From an uncultured virus (IMG/VR IMGVR_UViG_3300012920_000026) (Duplodnaviria > Heunggongvirae > Uroviricota > Caudoviricetes), in the IMG/VR virus record IMGVR_UViG_3300012920_000026, positions 1-64,000 of that record: a stretch of DNA of 64,000 nt; one strand, given 5' to 3'. The notes beneath the pieces were generated by a model, which saw nothing but the letters and a program-made list of their open reading frames with translations, did no database searches and had not been told where the DNA came from. Positions 18,901-28,700 of this stretch are shown piece after piece. Position 1 is the first letter of the stretch, and every line of letters starts with the position of its first letter. Position numbers and translations under genes: made by a program.

Positions 18901-21200
18901 CAAATTTCTAACGCCTCATTATTATTACCATTCCTACTATTTATCTCTCTATTTAAATTATTTTTAGCAATAATATAATTTTGTTGTACTCTAAACCATT
19001 CAGGTGAATATATTAATTCACATTTTTCTTTTATATCCTCAACCCATTTATCATATTCTAGTTTTGCATTGTTACATAAATCTTGAAATAATGTTGTACC
19101 ACCCGAAACAGGTGGGGAAGTGACTACTGAAAATTCTATGTTTAATCCTTCAGTAATAATTTGATTGTTTAGTGGGTTAATTGGTGTAATATATAAAATG
19201 TCCCCATCAGATGTTCCATTTATAAAACCATCGTTATAATTTAAAAATTGATTTTGATATATAGTATTTCCAGTTAAAGTTATAAAATCACTTTTTATTT
19301 GATTAGGATAAATAGATGTGATAAATTGATTCATATAAAATGAACCTCCATCATATTTACCTTGATGTGGGTTATTACCTTCACGAATATCTATAGGTGG
19401 GTTTAATCCACCTGTTTCTCTATACCATCCACCTGCTTTTTGAAACCAAGTTGTATCAAATATAGGATTATTTTCACTATCAAAACCTATTATAACATCT
19501 TCCCCATTTGGTATTGGAAGTGGATAACCATCACTATCAAAAGGTAAATCTTTTATGTCTGAACTTCCCGTATAAATGTATAACATACTTTTAAGTTGTG
19601 GAATATTAACAGGTTTATCTGCCACTACAATATATTCATTAAAATTAACTAATGACTCTGGTGCCCCTATAAATCTAAATAAAAATTCTATAGCTTTTCT
19701 AGCACCTTTACTTTTCCATAACCAAGCCACATTCAAAATTAATCTTCTATATAATTCAATATCTATTTCTTCTAAACTCATATTAGTAGAAGTACCACTC
19801 ATTAAACCTTTACCATTACTAGGTAAAATATTTTTTAAAATATTTACATCGGTTAAAAAATTAAAATCACCAAAACCTAACATATTAGCTAAATCTTTAA
19901 CTAAACTATCAGGTGTATTATTATTTTTATTATAGGTAATAACATGTGAAAATTTTATCCCATCGATATATTTCTTTACCTCATCAAACTCAACACCATA
20001 TATCCTTAATAATTTATTTGCTTTTGCCCCATCTAATTCTAAATCTTCACTACCATCACCAGAAGGTAAAGTATCAAAACCAGTTATTACTTCAGCAGTA
20101 TATTTTCTTTTTATTATATCAGTTTTAAACTTGTCTAAATTCTCACCAATATCTATTATTGTATTAAGATAAGTTATATATAAACCGTCAAATAAATTTA
20201 GATTATATCCATCATTTAGTACTGGAAATGTAACTTTTTCTTCGCTAAATACTATTACCCCTTGTTCTGTTTCTTTAGGTGTCTTAAATGTGGCAGTATA
20301 AATGGGATATACATTTCTATTAAGTAAATTTTTTTCTAAGTCGTTTAATTGAGTAAAAAAATTTTCGCTTTTTATTTCATTAGGTTTTATAAAAAATGGT
20401 ATAGAACCTTCTCCAATACTATTTAAAAAACTAAACTGAGAAAAGTTTAAACCAGTTATTTCAGGAAATGGATTACCTTCCACCACAAATTTAACTAAGC
20501 TATTAGTAACGGTTGTAGCAGGAGTGAAATTTATTATATTTTTACTAATACCATTGTGTTCTATAACATAATCTTTATAATTAATTGTAATATTTCTTAA
20601 TGGATTTGATGTATCATCATCACTAACTCTCTTACTATCCGAAGTATATACTAAACCAAAAGGATTATTAAAATAATTTGTATTAACTGTAAATGTAGAT
20701 TCGTCCGCTAAACTATCATAAACGTATTCCGTTATATTGTTTCCACTAACCGAACCTATAACGTCTTCAACATATATTGCCGCAGGAAAATATTCTTTTA
20801 TATGTTCTAAAGAAACACGTATTTTTTCTTCTACAGAACCATATAAAACATAGGTTAAAGGATTACTATCATCTAAATTTAAACCCGCTTTTTGATTTTT
20901 TTGTATTAATAAACTATCACTTTGTCCATCGTCTAAATCATCTAAACTAAAAAAATCAGAATAACTACCTTGATTGTAAGTCTTATTTAACTTAGGACTT
21001 AAATTAGTTGTAACTTTAAAATTACCCAACGTAAATAGGGGTGTTCCACCATCATTAACAATTTGATTACCCACTAAATCATCCGCAAAATTTCTATATT
21101 CTATATTGTCTATAAAAAATTTTCTTTTAGCGTAACCAGGAACCTTAATAGTTCTATTAAAGTTATTGTTTTGATTATTATTTTGGTTGGTTGTTGGCAT
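12903..21200 (-). CDS. giant (2765 aa) virion structural protein, probably baseplate wedge/fibre scaffold
   Basis: WLWKSKGARKAIEFLFRFIG resembles the KG(T) motif of baseplate wedge (P2 gpI/T4 gp7-like) proteins; coiled coils, recurrent CC motifs, basic C-terminus. Confidence 0.6.
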   Translation of the reverse strand: MPTTNQNNNQNNNFNRTIKVPGYAKRKFFIDNIEYRNFADDLVGNQIVNDGGTPLFTLGNFKVTTNLSPKLNKTYNQGSYSDFFSLDDLDDGQSDSLLIQKNQKAGLNLDDSNPLTYVLYGSVEEKIRVSLEHIKEYFPAAIYVEDVIGSVSGNNITEYVYDSLADESTFTVNTNYFNNPFGLVYTSDSKRVSDDDTSNPLRNITINYKDYVIEHNGISKNIINFTPATTVTNSLVKFVVEGNPFPEITGLNFSQFSFLNSIGEGSIPFFIKPNEIKSENFFTQLNDLEKNLLNRNVYPIYTATFKTPKETEQGVIVFSEEKVTFPVLNDGYNLNLFDGLYITYLNTIIDIGENLDKFKTDIIKRKYTAEVITGFDTLPSGDGSEDLELDGAKANKLLRIYGVEFDEVKKYIDGIKFSHVITYNKNNNTPDSLVKDLANMLGFGDFNFLTDVNILKNILPSNGKGLMSGTSTNMSLEEIDIELYRRLILNVAWLWKSKGARKAIEFLFRFIGAPESLVNFNEYIVVADKPVNIPQLKSMLYIYTGSSDIKDLPFDSDGYPLPIPNGEDVIIGFDSENNPIFDTTWFQKAGGWYRETGGLNPPIDIREGNNPHQGKYDGGSFYMNQFITSIYPNQIKSDFITLTGNTIYQNQFLNYNDGFINGTSDGDILYITPINPLNNQIITEGLNIEFSVVTSPPVSGGTTLFQDLCNNAKLEYDKWVEDIKEKCELIYSPEWFRVQQNYIIAKNNLNREINSRNGNNNEALEICINTDCDGIKVIENPCDLYTMVEDNGIIYFTDEKGTQVNFDEFPQCCVAAGGQYFTYTNQQNEESFFCATEPPCPGIPIENTGEAILWQLEGLNVVPDNIIRIKPDNTSLPQYEEKCLNEAKNKTFRSEEERIKFLTDCTTKVRKEILTQISTNTGCNEFEISGCFQLTEEGEKFFGFIEDESELDGFSTKIGDKIAEFVIYDKDTNPVGYISNVAGITLSFKGLSAINYIKKLNGTVFPNYEKLYSSEVVNNPQLSLEKYVEAVRNAQPVTNFEKYFTPVDCDGTNTTYDSTVECCAYYGFDHYYVNKRNEDGTITTVVYCRDKNGDFIDQDDYDMPDPQPTEPIYDTDGRRPNTSPTITKPSKGGKSELNNPQKSIEKEIKKVEKQQREVTKKIDNSRTITGKEKSKLRLERINLEQRKIELNTQKQKNELKNTRTIKPATSKGYTKYEEGTNLNAVKSKGDTITVMSNTKGVYSKGNIGGKDGEVNTDFGSPFGNPDFQDITKWKLDNIDQYGRVTFVSVENSKTTLDWNATKDSGADLYKECCLGKGYGFGQFQINPETNQLVPYNGEPNNFTNGSIIDSCVDKSHISCEDTQDVKLILGSNGSDGFFLPTNNESNEVTIKFDYMIKYNAESLIACAGIDSCPIPLDLYTNSIYNLDCKNFIVFTEGEQIKNTLKDNILHIDTDIVPLEGETLDLTKPDKDGIPNLIPYWDSNNIQVWQTPGLQKTVTESDECCSAYGGTLVPISNWDEVNKVNVARIKEEFASNVNAINVNGNVSSWVDDDFKNIIKNLLDDNQLVSNIMDESCVNYVTFRGENYCDDFEQIITTPNVCALLTPQLIGSYSEVLKQYWKLINQLKLMEAELTICNDANLRMSNLIVEIDKEQISEEVEKNKKEKEFKKSIVDLETKHSLKKREVRDLDKQINDIVEVTTAIDSVKEENLPKIDCNLYQDQIKIIENFNIEEFCRNQTNNVSDNPDVVFTAYNTCLSNKKMELGKELKKYQELFQNCVKSNVISDELSKAEANNDIVTKNRLNSEYDITLDKLNELQSTIFCEDINEENDILRSTKEQENDIKKNVDIVSKILNVDSTTIRKGNTTDLTAPQKVEVNRVLSTQKAVSNKLKIKKQELEEELGTIQKNRLKINEEYKKEQKEKEEIIKDIKTVKNNLENQLRNTTQNKCCKETLEEVQELLRSLTKTRNDIYYDTEVLYQDWYTTRYNQYLEFVKDKMATSFEYMDELTLSFNLEVDNNTIGSIPENEVVSNLTTLPIMSNTNPIWRFNPQNYSGVVIGGSDYNSNLLEDSITVALSEQGYSGLNAIFEPKWQNFELKIPQDVLNNLNGAYPDKQFFLSLMLENYECDVCLLIDNIQINYKTYDIFPFYNTQGDGLPKLNCTIDNRKSWVYVGDSIKPVKNLPDGKCVENEVTCATPLEITTQNRLWQNLEYRYTEYDFNHSDLIINSKSAAFQIDPSKSIECDVYNFWKNINCDECPSSCSSGESVTYEGVFTYTGESTQNYELTLSATSVGSMLSDCEIYNGLLENIVEDIKENYYILTADYPSSLSAGYWDLIEKGGSIEELYIVDNDCNTQTLVIGDRKTLNSDQRLIVEEGDGTISLFGLYVYSGTTPYSGGEITEIINGVSAQTFNQTSGMTSECCTNLNTILTSSGKNGLNLDKNYIWNNSISGCTWIDLNDEGDCTHCGNTTHSSFSANSSGVTCEVVDKTICVNPLDFLEQPPSKIKVKEVFDEMVQSNLINAQNRQTISGYPTLKLFYELYLRANGCGEQHSGKLTYNNLFQFMDLIGDYWLELIEQVIPSTTIMEGCDNSGKVYRNTIFDNNKFVYKKYVLNYMDVNDNCKVSGVTQDSIGQQSVEISVEDICLGGGCLPESSKLCEEEKILIQNQITNLEEQLNILKQQKNSTELAISTVKNDLNNQKAKNIPTKQKKEQKENKRKEEQINKKEKQTESIKNKLNQEQKQKATQARQKRNKQSSNKKNSRSSRS

Positions 21201-21211
21201 TCATTTTATTA

Positions 21212-22126
21212 CTACACATCTGTTATTTCATCAAATTCCTTAGTGAAATCTGGTTTTTCCAATTCTTCCCTAACTTCATACAATGGTTTACCTGTGAACT
21301 GATCTTTTATTTCAAATAATACATACTGTTTGTAAATTTCGTTATCATAGTTATATATTGTATAAATACCATCGTCTATAGATTTTGTTTGGTTACCATA
21401 TAAGGCATATGATAAAGTTTCATCATCATGTTCTACCATTTCTACTTCCACCATAATTGGGTTAAAAAAAGTATTAGTTATTATTATTGGTTGACCTGGC
21501 TCACCAATATATGGTAATATATTTGGTTTAATGGATGGTGCGGAAGAAGGAGTTAAAGTGCAAAATACTAAATCAGAACTATCATCAAAAGAGTATGACG
21601 CTACTTGTGCCGATGCATTACTCACATTTTCAGCAACACTTAATACTCTATTATTTGATGTGACTACTCTATACAAATTTTGCATTTTTTTCTGTTCACT
21701 ATTAGTATTAGTTGATAGGTATTCCACTCTATATCCTACTAAATTTCCATTTTCGAATTTAACCTTATCTTCTCCGCTAATATTTGGATCGTTTAGTTGT
21801 AAAACAATTCCTATAATATCAGGACTACTTGATAAAACACCACATGCTTGTATTGTAGTTCTTATTTGTTTTGGTCTTATTATTATATTGTAAATACCTT
21901 TAGCTGCAAATTCATTTGTAGGTAATTTTAGAGTATACATACCACCTAAAATCTCTCCACTATCATTAGGGTTATTCGCAGGTATTAATACTTGTGTTGG
22001 ATCTAAATTAATCAGTATACTTTCACTGCTATTTTCACCTCTATTGGGACTGTAAGAATATAAAATTTCTACGTCCTCTACCGATACATCTGCCGGTCTT
22101 ATTGTTCCATAATTTCCTGTTGCCAT
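21212..22126 (-). CDS. hypothetical structural protein
   Basis: 304-aa ORF tightly packed in the baseplate block. Confidence 0.6.
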   Translation of the reverse strand: MATGNYGTIRPADVSVEDVEILYSYSPNRGENSSESILINLDPTQVLIPANNPNDSGEILGGMYTLKLPTNEFAAKGIYNIIIRPKQIRTTIQACGVLSSSPDIIGIVLQLNDPNISGEDKVKFENGNLVGYRVEYLSTNTNSEQKKMQNLYRVVTSNNRVLSVAENVSNASAQVASYSFDDSSDLVFCTLTPSSAPSIKPNILPYIGEPGQPIIITNTFFNPIMVEVEMVEHDDETLSYALYGNQTKSIDDGIYTIYNYDNEIYKQYVLFEIKDQFTGKPLYEVREELEKPDFTKEFDEITDV

Positions 22127-22138
22127 AATTTATTTTTT

Positions 22139-22909
22139 TTACGTTCTTATAAATCCTCCCCTATTAGTATCAATATCATTAGTTGTTTTTATTTCACCTA
22201 ACAAAGCGTGTCTCTCAAAAATATCTGCCACACCTCTATTAATAAATACTTCACTATCAACTTCTGGTTTGAAAACCAACCCTAAATATTCTTCTTGTTT
22301 AGTTATTGCAGATAATGTTACTATATTGTCATTTATACTATTTAAATCTGTATAAAAATCTGTTTTCCTATATCTCTCTCTATTACCTTCCGAATTTATT
22401 TTATCAACATACTCATTAAAAAAAGTAATATAATGTATCCCACTACTATTAATATTGTTAGATTCTGCATTTATAACATAGTGTATTTTTTCACTATCTT
22501 GATTAATTACCCCCGTAAAAATCAAATCAGAATTACCTGTCATATCTAAATCATTGACATAAATTGGTTTTCCTGTATTTACATCTACTCTATATGAGGA
22601 AACATTTGCTATTTTACCGTCATCAGTTGTACCATTTATTCTTATAGATTCATTAATATAAAAACTAAGAGGTGCCGCAGGAAATCTACCATAAGTAAAC
22701 GAATTAAATTCACCTAAATTAGTAGGTCTTTCAGTTAAATATGGTAAAAGTGGGTTAAAAGAAAAATCAGTAAAAATTCCTTGATCTTCCATTTTTTGAG
22801 TTAAGTATACATTTACACATATATTATCATTTAATAATTTACCATAATTATCATTAGACTCTTTACTAACATAATTACTAATACATCTTTTTATTTTTAT
22901 TATTTCCAT
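22139..22909 (-). CDS. hypothetical structural protein
   Basis: 256-aa ORF; start overlaps the upstream stop. Confidence 0.6.
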   Translation of the reverse strand: MEIIKIKRCISNYVSKESNDNYGKLLNDNICVNVYLTQKMEDQGIFTDFSFNPLLPYLTERPTNLGEFNSFTYGRFPAAPLSFYINESIRINGTTDDGKIANVSSYRVDVNTGKPIYVNDLDMTGNSDLIFTGVINQDSEKIHYVINAESNNINSSGIHYITFFNEYVDKINSEGNRERYRKTDFYTDLNSINDNIVTLSAITKQEEYLGLVFKPEVDSEVFINRGVADIFERHALLGEIKTTNDIDTNRGGFIRT

Positions 22910-23808
22910 TAGTTTTTAATGTTTGGTTCTACTTGCCAAAATGTTAAATATGGTAAGTCAGATAATCCACTTTGTGGATTTAAATTTATTCCTCCCGGAC
23001 CACCATTAAATGCATTTTGCTCATTATTAGGTTCAAATCTGTATTTATATATACCATTATCATTTTTTAAAACTACTTTTAAAAATCTATTATCGTTTAT
23101 CTGATTGAAATTTAGATTATTAAAATCTGTAGTTTTTCTAGAATAATGTAAGGTAGATTCTCCTGTTTTAGCGTTTTGATATGTTACTTCTAGATATATG
23201 ACATACTCTTTATTTGGGGCGTTATCTACTAAATCTTGAAACCAATATATATAGTATCCTTCATGAACTGTTTCTGGTTCTAAAGTTGAATCACCCAAAA
23301 CAAAACTTACCGGACATTCATCTTTAGTTAAAACAAATCCATACTCATTTTTCTGATCATTTAGTATTTGTGTAAATATATTAGTAGATGCAATTAAATT
23401 ATTAGGTAATACATTTGTGTCATAATAACTAAATCTAATAAAACTATTCATAACACTATCGGTTCTACAAAACAAATCATCAAATCTAAAACCTATTTCA
23501 CCATAATAAGAAGAACCATTATAACTTGGACTGTTACTATAAAAATAACCGTTATTTGTTTTTCTAAAGAAATTTATATTGATTTTGAACTTTCTTATAA
23601 TATTCCAATTATTATCACAAGGGAAAAATCTAACTTTTTTATAGTCGTCTATTGGATTTATTGCCTTTTCTATTTCGTCATCAATTAATTTAGTCTTTAT
23701 TAATTCTGCATTATCCACAGGTGAAAAATCTAAATTAACATTTAAATTAATTGTAGTTCCTGATATATTTATATCTCTAATAGGTATTTTAAATTTATTA
23801 ACAGACAT
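22909..23808 (-). CDS. hypothetical structural protein
   Basis: 299-aa ORF overlapping both neighbours. Confidence 0.6.
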   Translation of the reverse strand: MSVNKFKIPIRDINISGTTINLNVNLDFSPVDNAELIKTKLIDDEIEKAINPIDDYKKVRFFPCDNNWNIIRKFKININFFRKTNNGYFYSNSPSYNGSSYYGEIGFRFDDLFCRTDSVMNSFIRFSYYDTNVLPNNLIASTNIFTQILNDQKNEYGFVLTKDECPVSFVLGDSTLEPETVHEGYYIYWFQDLVDNAPNKEYVIYLEVTYQNAKTGESTLHYSRKTTDFNNLNFNQINDNRFLKVVLKNDNGIYKYRFEPNNEQNAFNGGPGGINLNPQSGLSDLPYLTFWQVEPNIKN

Positions 23809-25783
23809 CAGTAATTGTTTTTTGATTTAATGACGAATAATCTGCACAACCACCAGGAGTATCCCTCTCACCTAATTCATAATTGCCAGAATAAGTAATA
23901 AATTTGATATCAACATCGGTAGGTTGCAACTGAGGATCTAATAAATCTACTGGTATATTACTACCTAATAAATTTATTAAATCATCCGGTGTAAATTCAA
24001 AAAAAGTAGGTTCTGAGCACAAAGCAGTGAATTTATCTTTCTCAGATGGTAATGTTACTTGTTGAGTTGTGAAGTCCACAACACATGGTGGATCTTGTCT
24101 ATAAAGATAAAAATTCTTATCAAAATATATATAATGTGCACCACTTTCAAACGGATATTCAACCCCTCTACCATTACCATCAATAAATCCAATTTCTAAT
24201 AAATCTCTCCATCTATAAATTATAGAATCTGTGGTTAATGGTTTTGTTTTTAGTGGTCCTGTTGGTAAACTTTCTGTGTTAGCAGAGTATTTTAGATGTG
24301 CATAATCAGGTATATTTAGTGTGTTTTGTGAATCACCTTCCTCAACATATTCAGAATATTCTCTTATAGTAATTGGAGTATGAGGATTATAAATATATCC
24401 TTCTCTTTTATCTACTTTTTCTGAATCAATAATACTTAAATTATCTCTATAAACAGTATTAATTCTATGAAAAACTTCTTCTAATACAATTTCACTTAAG
24501 TTTTTTTCATTATATTCTACAATATCATTATCAAACTCAAGATTGCTCTCATCTATATTTTCAAAATAATTTTGTGGGTAATTTGGTTTTCCTCCAGGAT
24601 AATTAGAACCAACTGCCCTTATATTATAATTTACTTTAACATCTTGTTCTGTTTCATAACCACCAATAATTGGCATCCAAAATCTATTTTTTATTTTATC
24701 TGGTAGATTTTTTTGTTTGTCTCTAAAAAAAACATTTTTAATGTCACTATAATCTGTATCATTATCATTTTTTACAATAGTAAAAAATAATGTACTTAGT
24801 GGTCTACCTAAGTTATCTCTTAATCCTTCTACATCAACATCTTTTTTAAAATAAAATCCCGCTTCCATATCATCAAAATAATTTACACCATATGCAGAAG
24901 GATAAATGTCATAGTCTTTTTCTTCTGTAGTTAAACATTTTAATCTTCTTACGTAATATTCAGAAACTACGTTATCTATTGACCTTTTTATTGTAGATAT
25001 TCCTTTACTGAAATCTATGTCTTGTGGATTTATATCTATAACAAATATTCTATTTAGATTATTATTTTCTTCGTCACCTAACTTAACAATATTAAAAGTT
25101 CTTTCATTAAGATATAAACCATTATTAGTATTATCTATAAAATTATAAAGTCTAATTTCATCGTCTTCTTCTAATGCATGATTTATAGGTGTTTTGAAAT
25201 AAACATACTCTCTATTATTTATGGTAACTGATCCCTTATCTATTATTTGTAAACCGTCTTTTAAACTTATGTTTCCGTTATTTTCTACTAAATTAATATC
25301 TCTACTTTCAAATGGGTAAGTAATTTTCAAAAGATAGTTCTCTTTACCATCATAATCAATCATAGACAATCTATCAAAACCAGGGTCAAAAGTTTTAAAT
25401 TGACATCTAGATGACTCATTATCATTTTGTATTTGAGCAACATCAGTATCGGGCGGTTCAAAATAACCATACCAACCATCAGTAACAAAAATACTATTAG
25501 ATCTAATAAGTTCACTAGTTACAACACCATTATCCTCAAAAATCCTTATATTTTCATTATATAAACAATTACTAACAACACTATTTAATACACCATAAAA
25601 TCTATATATGTGTGATTCTTTTCTTTCTTTCTCAAATTGTTCATAACTATTAACAACCGCCTGTTCATCACTTAATGGTAATAGTTTATTACTATTTTCT
25701 AAATTTAAAGGTATGTGTTCAGTCCTATTAACTGATCTAACTGATTTTTCTTTATTTAATAATATTTTAAATTTATCTTTCAC
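23798..25783 (-). CDS. hypothetical structural protein
   Basis: 661-aa ORF with GTG start; TATTTATA motif 4 nt upstream. Confidence 0.6.
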   Translation of the reverse strand: MKDKFKILLNKEKSVRSVNRTEHIPLNLENSNKLLPLSDEQAVVNSYEQFEKERKESHIYRFYGVLNSVVSNCLYNENIRIFEDNGVVTSELIRSNSIFVTDGWYGYFEPPDTDVAQIQNDNESSRCQFKTFDPGFDRLSMIDYDGKENYLLKITYPFESRDINLVENNGNISLKDGLQIIDKGSVTINNREYVYFKTPINHALEEDDEIRLYNFIDNTNNGLYLNERTFNIVKLGDEENNNLNRIFVIDINPQDIDFSKGISTIKRSIDNVVSEYYVRRLKCLTTEEKDYDIYPSAYGVNYFDDMEAGFYFKKDVDVEGLRDNLGRPLSTLFFTIVKNDNDTDYSDIKNVFFRDKQKNLPDKIKNRFWMPIIGGYETEQDVKVNYNIRAVGSNYPGGKPNYPQNYFENIDESNLEFDNDIVEYNEKNLSEIVLEEVFHRINTVYRDNLSIIDSEKVDKREGYIYNPHTPITIREYSEYVEEGDSQNTLNIPDYAHLKYSANTESLPTGPLKTKPLTTDSIIYRWRDLLEIGFIDGNGRGVEYPFESGAHYIYFDKNFYLYRQDPPCVVDFTTQQVTLPSEKDKFTALCSEPTFFEFTPDDLINLLGSNIPVDLLDPQLQPTDVDIKFITYSGNYELGERDTPGGCADYSSLNQKTITDVC

Positions 25784-25799
25784 TATATATAAATATTTT

Positions 25800-28700
25800 C
25801 TAAGTTATTTTTATATAACCGTTAGTATTATTACTACCCGCAACATATTCTAAATAAACATTATATGTACCAGTTTGTTTTATTGTAAAGTTAATTACTT
25901 CTGTAACTGTACTAGTAAACGCAAATAAAGGTCTACTAATAAGAGTTTCTGTATTTGGTTGTGAACCATAAGTTGATATTACGTTTGTATTTACAGGAGT
26001 TGTAGTATTATCATTATAAATTATAAATTTTCCTGTACCCGTTGTTAGGAGTGGCATACCAAATAAGCCTGATCCTACTGATCCACTACTAATCTCTATT
26101 TTTAATTCTGCATTAGGTGAAGTAACAATTATCTTAGTAGGACTAGCCTGACCAAAATTATTTGTTTTATCAGTGGAAAACGTATTAGTATTACCTACCT
26201 CATTAACTCCCGTTATTTGATATTTAAGATTGTTTGGTATTGAGGACGCACCTCCACTATTTTTACCAACTGCTGCATTTCCATTTGGTAATGATATTAC
26301 ACCACTATTACTTAAATCTGATATTGCAGCACTTTCTGAAGCACTTGTAATAACTGCCTCACCTAAACAACTTCTAAGTGCAGTAAATTTATTTTGTCCA
26401 ATATCTCTAAATCCTGGTTGGTTATAAGTATTAGAACCGGCTTTTTCATTGTTACCTAATCCTTGTAACGTAACTTCATCAATCTTATCTGCAAAATATT
26501 TAGAAACTAATCTATGTAATGCACTTTTACCTGGCACTAAACCAAAATAATGATAATATGGTGTCTGTGAGGTTGAATATTTTACCCCAAAATTTTGTGG
26601 GTTTGTTTTATCATTAATATTAGACATATTAGGAAAATCTAAAAATTCACTAGGAAATGGGTTATTCCCTCCTTTCCAACCTGTACCATAGAAAAATTTA
26701 CCATTACTTTTTAAACCACATCTATCTCCTGTCACAAATTCATCACCATCATTAATACTATTAGGTATTAAAACACCATCTATAGAGTAATTTACTGATG
26801 GTATTCCTGATGTAAACTGTGCAGAAGGATAAACATCATAAAGATTATCAAATTCGTTCGATCCTGGTCTCATATAGTTTACTTCTAAATCGTCATTCTT
26901 AAAAGTACTAAACCTCCTACAGAAATAATCTCTAGTTTCTGAGTCATGTTCATAATATGTAAAACACTGTCCAACTTCCATACCTAAATCGTTACTATCA
27001 ATTAAATCTATACCTACTTGTGATTGTACCACACCTGCAGTAGTATTTAAACAATTTACCCTTGTACAACCAAAAGAAACATAAGCTCTAAGATTTACTA
27101 TTCCATCTTTCTCTTCCACAGAATTAACTACTATAGGATTAGCATTTTGATTTTCAAAATCATATTTTAAACCTTCCTCACTTAATCTAGAAGTTGTGGG
27201 TTCTAAATCATTAATTACAAATGGTACATCATCTATATCGCAGTATACTGAACTACCCATTTCGACTAAATCTGTAGGATATAATAAATTTGCTTTATAA
27301 TTTCTAGGTAAAGTATTATATGCCGCATCAGGTTTTTTCATAACTGATGCGTAATATATTTTACCGTCTTCCCACGCAATAATACCGTGTTTTATATTTT
27401 TATCGTTATAACTATTATGTTGTGTACAAGGACATCTATTAGTACACCCTTGAACCGCACTTTGGCAAGGATCTATACATCCAGTAGGGGGACAACTTTG
27501 TGGTTGAAGGTTGTTAGGTATGTCTTCACCTGGTTGTGTCTCAGGATCGGGTGGGGATGTAATAAAATCTGCATCTATTGAACCTGCATTATTGTTACCT
27601 AAATCTGTTTGGCAACCAACAGAGGATCTAAAATATTCTTCTTTCTCTACTCGATAAACAGTATTACATTTATTTTTATGATGTGAGTGTCCACCTCTAT
27701 TTTCCCACACACTCAATCCAGTTACGGGATCTTCAACCTCAACATAATTAGGTCTACCATGTGGACCAGGAAACGTTTTAATAGTTTTAGAATCATTTAT
27801 TCTAATCTCTATATTTGCATTATCATCAAAAGCTTGAAACACAAGTGGATCGTCGAATCGTAAAGTACAAGGGTTGGATGCCGTATCCACACCTGTAAAT
27901 TTTAAAGATTCTTTAGCATTTAGTATTGCAATATCTTCTAATACTTGCGCATTACCATTAGGTACGTATTTACCAAACCATGGGGTAACATACCTTTTTG
28001 ATCCTCTAATTCTCACTCTACATCCATTTACATCAATAATTTCTTCTTGATTTGCAGTAGTATTTTCAACTATAACCCTATATTTGTTATACGTATTTGG
28101 TGTCTGGTAGTCAGGTGCACAATCAAAATCACAGAATTTATCTTTCTTTAATTGTCCTCTTTTCTTTTTTCTCTTTTTAAGTTTATATTTTCTTTTTATT
28201 AATGGAAAGTATAACGTACCACTAACCCAATCATTATAAAATTCAAACCTTATCATATTTAACCAATTAGCGACACCCTCTAATTTACACTTAACCCACT
28301 CTTTGATTTGAGGTGTGCTACTTCCAGAACACTCTTTACAACTATTTATTTTAACAAATGTTTCATTACATACATTTCTCGCCAATGGTGTAAATATTAG
28401 AGAAGGTCTAATTGTGGGAAATGCATTATCTTCAGGACAATTTAACGCAATTAAATTAATTTTTGTACAACAAGAACGACAACAACCTCTATCCTTATTA
28501 TCTGATGGTGTACCATCAATACACAATGCACAATCATTTGTTGGGCAACCATATTTTCTATCATTACCACCACTAGTACAATTTTCGTTATCATTAGCAG
28601 TTTGACCTCCTGGCCCACTTATATCTCTACAACAACTATGTCCAGGATTGGTATCTGGAAAACATGTGTCATTACAACGTTTACATAACCACCCACCAAA